DNA from: a virus | Strand: one strand, 5' to 3' | IMG/VR virus record: IMGVR_UViG_3300033186_000013 | Coordinates: 1 to 64,000 of that record | DNA: 64,000 nucleotides | Part shown: piece after piece, positions 61,905 to 64,000 of the stretch | Numbering within the stretch: position 1 is the first letter of the stretch | How the letters are laid out: every line of letters begins with the position of its first letter | Notes under the pieces: generated by a model | The model's input: the letters and a program-made list of their open reading frames with translations, nothing else | Databases searched by the model: none | What the model was told of the DNA's origin: nothing | Program-made: the position numbers and the translations under genes

Positions 61905-64000
61905 ATGGCAAAAATTAAAAATACATCGAAGTATCCTTTTAAGTTCCCCGTGAACCCAAAGGACTATTTCATCATAACCGATAGCGAGACTTTCGAGACA
62001 AGAACTGCCGAAGTTGCTACTTTGATTGGTCAACTTTTCAATCTTGAATTGCTCGGAAACAACTGTCTTGAATACGACACAGCGCAAGTAGTAGATTGTG
62101 AGACACAAGAAGTCATCAATCTTCCATTACAAATCGTCAATGTTTTATTGAAATTTGAGGAAGCGATATGTGATTTACGAGACAGAGTTACCACACTTGA
62201 AGAATGTAAAGAAGAACTGGAAGAAAGCCTAACTTTTATTGAGGACAATTACTGCCAGTTGTGTTACCCTATTGTGAATGCAGGTAACAATATCTTTACC
62301 GACCAAACATCTATAACGCTAACCTCTACTTCGAGCGACCCTGACGGCACTATCGTATCAAAACTTTGGGAGAAGGTTATAGGCGGTGTAGCAAACATCG
62401 CTACGCCAAATGCTGATGATACAGTTGTTAGCGGACTACAAGATGGTCAATACATATTTAAAATTACCGTTGTTGACAATGATGGGCTTCAATCTTTTGA
62501 CCTTGTTGCTGTAAACGTAAACACAGGGGCTAATCAACCGCCAGTAGTCGATGCGGGTGTAAACCAAACAATACAGTTACCTACAAGCCAAACAGTTCTT
62601 ACTGCTGTTGCCTCTGACCCTGATGGAACTATTGTGTCTTACCAATGGCAACAGATAGCGGGTAATGCTGCAACAATCGTTAGTCCTACCGCAGCCAGTA
62701 CACAAATAACGGGGCTTACGGAAAGCGTGTCTGTTTTCAGAGTAACAGTTACCGATAATAGTGGTGCGCAGGCAAGCGATATTGTTCAAATCACAGTTCA
62801 AGGCGTTGGGAATGTACCGCCAGTTGCAAATGCAGGTGGAGACATAAACATTAGCCTTCCAACAAACCTAACCACTCTTAACGGTTCAGGTAGTACAGAT
62901 AGTGATGGTATCATTGTTGGATACCAATGGCAAAAGATTAGTGGTGGTACAGCAAACATAATAACACCTAACTCTGCATCAACACAGGTAACAGGTCTTA
63001 CCGAAGGTAGTTACACTTTCAGATTGACCGTTACTGATAATGATGGTGCAACAGACACGGATGATGTTGTTGTAACAGTTAGTAACGTGAATGCGGAAGT
63101 TGAGATAGCGCAAGGAGATTGCTCTACAACTCCGAATTCTTGGACTACTATGTATATGCTTGACACAAACATTCAGAACGGAGACATTATATACACTAAT
63201 TCAGGTCTTACAAGTCCGTATAATGGTCAGAACTTAAAACACCGCGCCCGAATCGGTGGTACAATACAATCGTTTGATTTTGATGTATCGAACTTTGGCG
63301 TGGTTTCAAATGTTACTGCTTGCCCGTTAGGTGAAGAAATATTTATAGAACAGGGAGATTGTGCAAACATTCCATTCCCTTCAAATCCATTTAGCGTATA
63401 TGTTGCTGACCCTGACATCCAAAATGGAGATACCATTTATACTGACGCAGCATTAACTACGGCATATAATGGTGGCGGAAATATGCACGTTTATAAGAAC
63501 CAAGCAGAAGGATTGCCATTCAGAGAGTTTGAAGTAAGCAGCGCAGGTATTGTTTCTAATCTATCTGTGTGTTCTACACAAGTTGAAGTAGGAGAAGGAG
63601 ATTGTAACTCAACTCCAAATTCTTGGGATACTGTGTATTTAGAAGGCGGTAATCAAACATCATTTGCTAATGGAGACATAATATATGCTGACGCGAATCT
63701 TACAACACCTTACAATGGTGGTGGTGATACTCACCAAATGAGATTTGGAGGTGCTTTAATAATCAATAGAGAATTTGATATATCTACTGTCGGTGTAATA
63801 TCTAACGTTACTGCTTGCGGTGGCGGTGGCGGAAGTAATGGTGCGCCAACCACAACAGGTCAAGGAACTTGTCAAGTAACACATTCAGGAACATTCAGCG
63901 CAGGTGCTTCGGATTCTGTTCAAATGATTATCACTAATACTGGCGGTTACACAGTTGGTGTTTCAGTTGGTGGTAGTGGATACAGTACAGGTACACATAA
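61905..64000 (+). CDS. fibre/adhesin-like paralogue (3' end outside window, not in ORF track)
   Basis: Hand translation from ATG 61905 shows no stop codon to base 64000 (698 codons). The N-terminal domain is homologous to that of ORF 60269. Three PKD-like repeats (~62277-63095) and three Cys-bracketed ~72-75-aa modules (63111-63818) follow, then a GGGGGS linker. Confidence 0.7.
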   Translation, partial: MAKIKNTSKYPFKFPVNPKDYFIITDSETFETRTAEVATLIGQLFNLELLGNNCLEYDTAQVVDCETQEVINLPLQIVNVLLKFEEAICDLRDRVTTLEECKEELEESLTFIEDNYCQLCYPIVNAGNNIFTDQTSITLTSTSSDPDGTIVSKLWEKVIGGVANIATPNADDTVVSGLQDGQYIFKITVVDNDGLQSFDLVAVNVNTGANQPPVVDAGVNQTIQLPTSQTVLTAVASDPDGTIVSYQWQQIAGNAATIVSPTAASTQITGLTESVSVFRVTVTDNSGAQASDIVQITVQGVGNVPPVANAGGDINISLPTNLTTLNGSGSTDSDGIIVGYQWQKISGGTANIITPNSASTQVTGLTEGSYTFRLTVTDNDGATDTDDVVVTVSNVNAEVEIAQGDCSTTPNSWTTMYMLDTNIQNGDIIYTNSGLTSPYNGQNLKHRARIGGTIQSFDFDVSNFGVVSNVTACPLGEEIFIEQGDCANIPFPSNPFSVYVADPDIQNGDTIYTDAALTTAYNGGGNMHVYKNQAEGLPFREFEVSSAGIVSNLSVCSTQVEVGEGDCNSTPNSWDTVYLEGGNQTSFANGDIIYADANLTTPYNGGGDTHQMRFGGALIINREFDISTVGVISNVTACGGGGGSNGAPTTTGQGTCQVTHSGTFSAGASDSVQMIITNTGGYTVGVSVGGSGYSTGTH

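Overview
The window is a contiguous piece of a tailed dsDNA bacteriophage genome. I found no cellular housekeeping genes, rRNA, tRNA, CRISPR array or integrase. About 80 of 82 supportable genes are on the + strand. They are tightly packed, with many ATGA/TAATG stop-start overlaps. Seven short ORFs and one long 3'-open ORF (61905..>64000) are missing from the supplied track.

Module order:
1. 1-7.4 kb: early genes of unknown function. The first four gaps carry a family of bipartite GC-rich stem-loop elements. This block also holds a SufD-like/SufC Fe-S assembly gene pair.
2. 7.5-17 kb: recombination and replication genes. These are a Rad52-like annealase, a ParB-like protein, a HIRAN-PD-(D/E)XK nuclease, an SMC/Rad50-like ATPase, a NinB-like protein, a DnaA-domain-IV-like protein, a replisome organiser with an internal iteron array (candidate origin), and a DnaC-like loader.
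3. 17-21.6 kb: regulators and accessory enzymes. These are an HNH-like/sigma-region-2-like fusion, an XRE regulator, an ASCH-like protein and a DUF5131 Cys-cluster protein.
4. 21.6-22.3 kb: a lone minus-strand winged-helix gene and a switch region with a clean intrinsic terminator.
5. 22.3-56.9 kb: virion module. It contains a scaffold-like protein, a major capsid candidate, a structured noncoding gap, a 1330-aa protein, an inserted 2OG-oxygenase-like/GNAT pair, 219/508/2453-aa internal-protein candidates, the large terminase, a portal candidate and tail fibre genes.
6. 57-60.2 kb: lysis-type cassette with several membrane proteins, a YkuD-fold enzyme and an overlapping spanin-like pair.
7. 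60.3->64 kb: two paralogous PKD-repeat fibre/adhesin genes.

TAnnTTTG -7 promoter boxes, A-rich leaders and the lack of Shine-Dalgarno motifs point to a Bacteroidota (probably Flavobacteriia) host. That host assignment is inference.

My best candidates for something new:
- the truncated SufD-like/SufC pair
- the giant 2453-aa virion protein with embedded GNAT-like and HExxH motifs
- the covarying bipartite intergenic hairpin family
- the HNH-like/sigma-region-2 fusion
- the structured noncoding gap at 26.2-26.5 kb

All functional calls rest on motifs read by eye and recalled family consensus. No database search was run.
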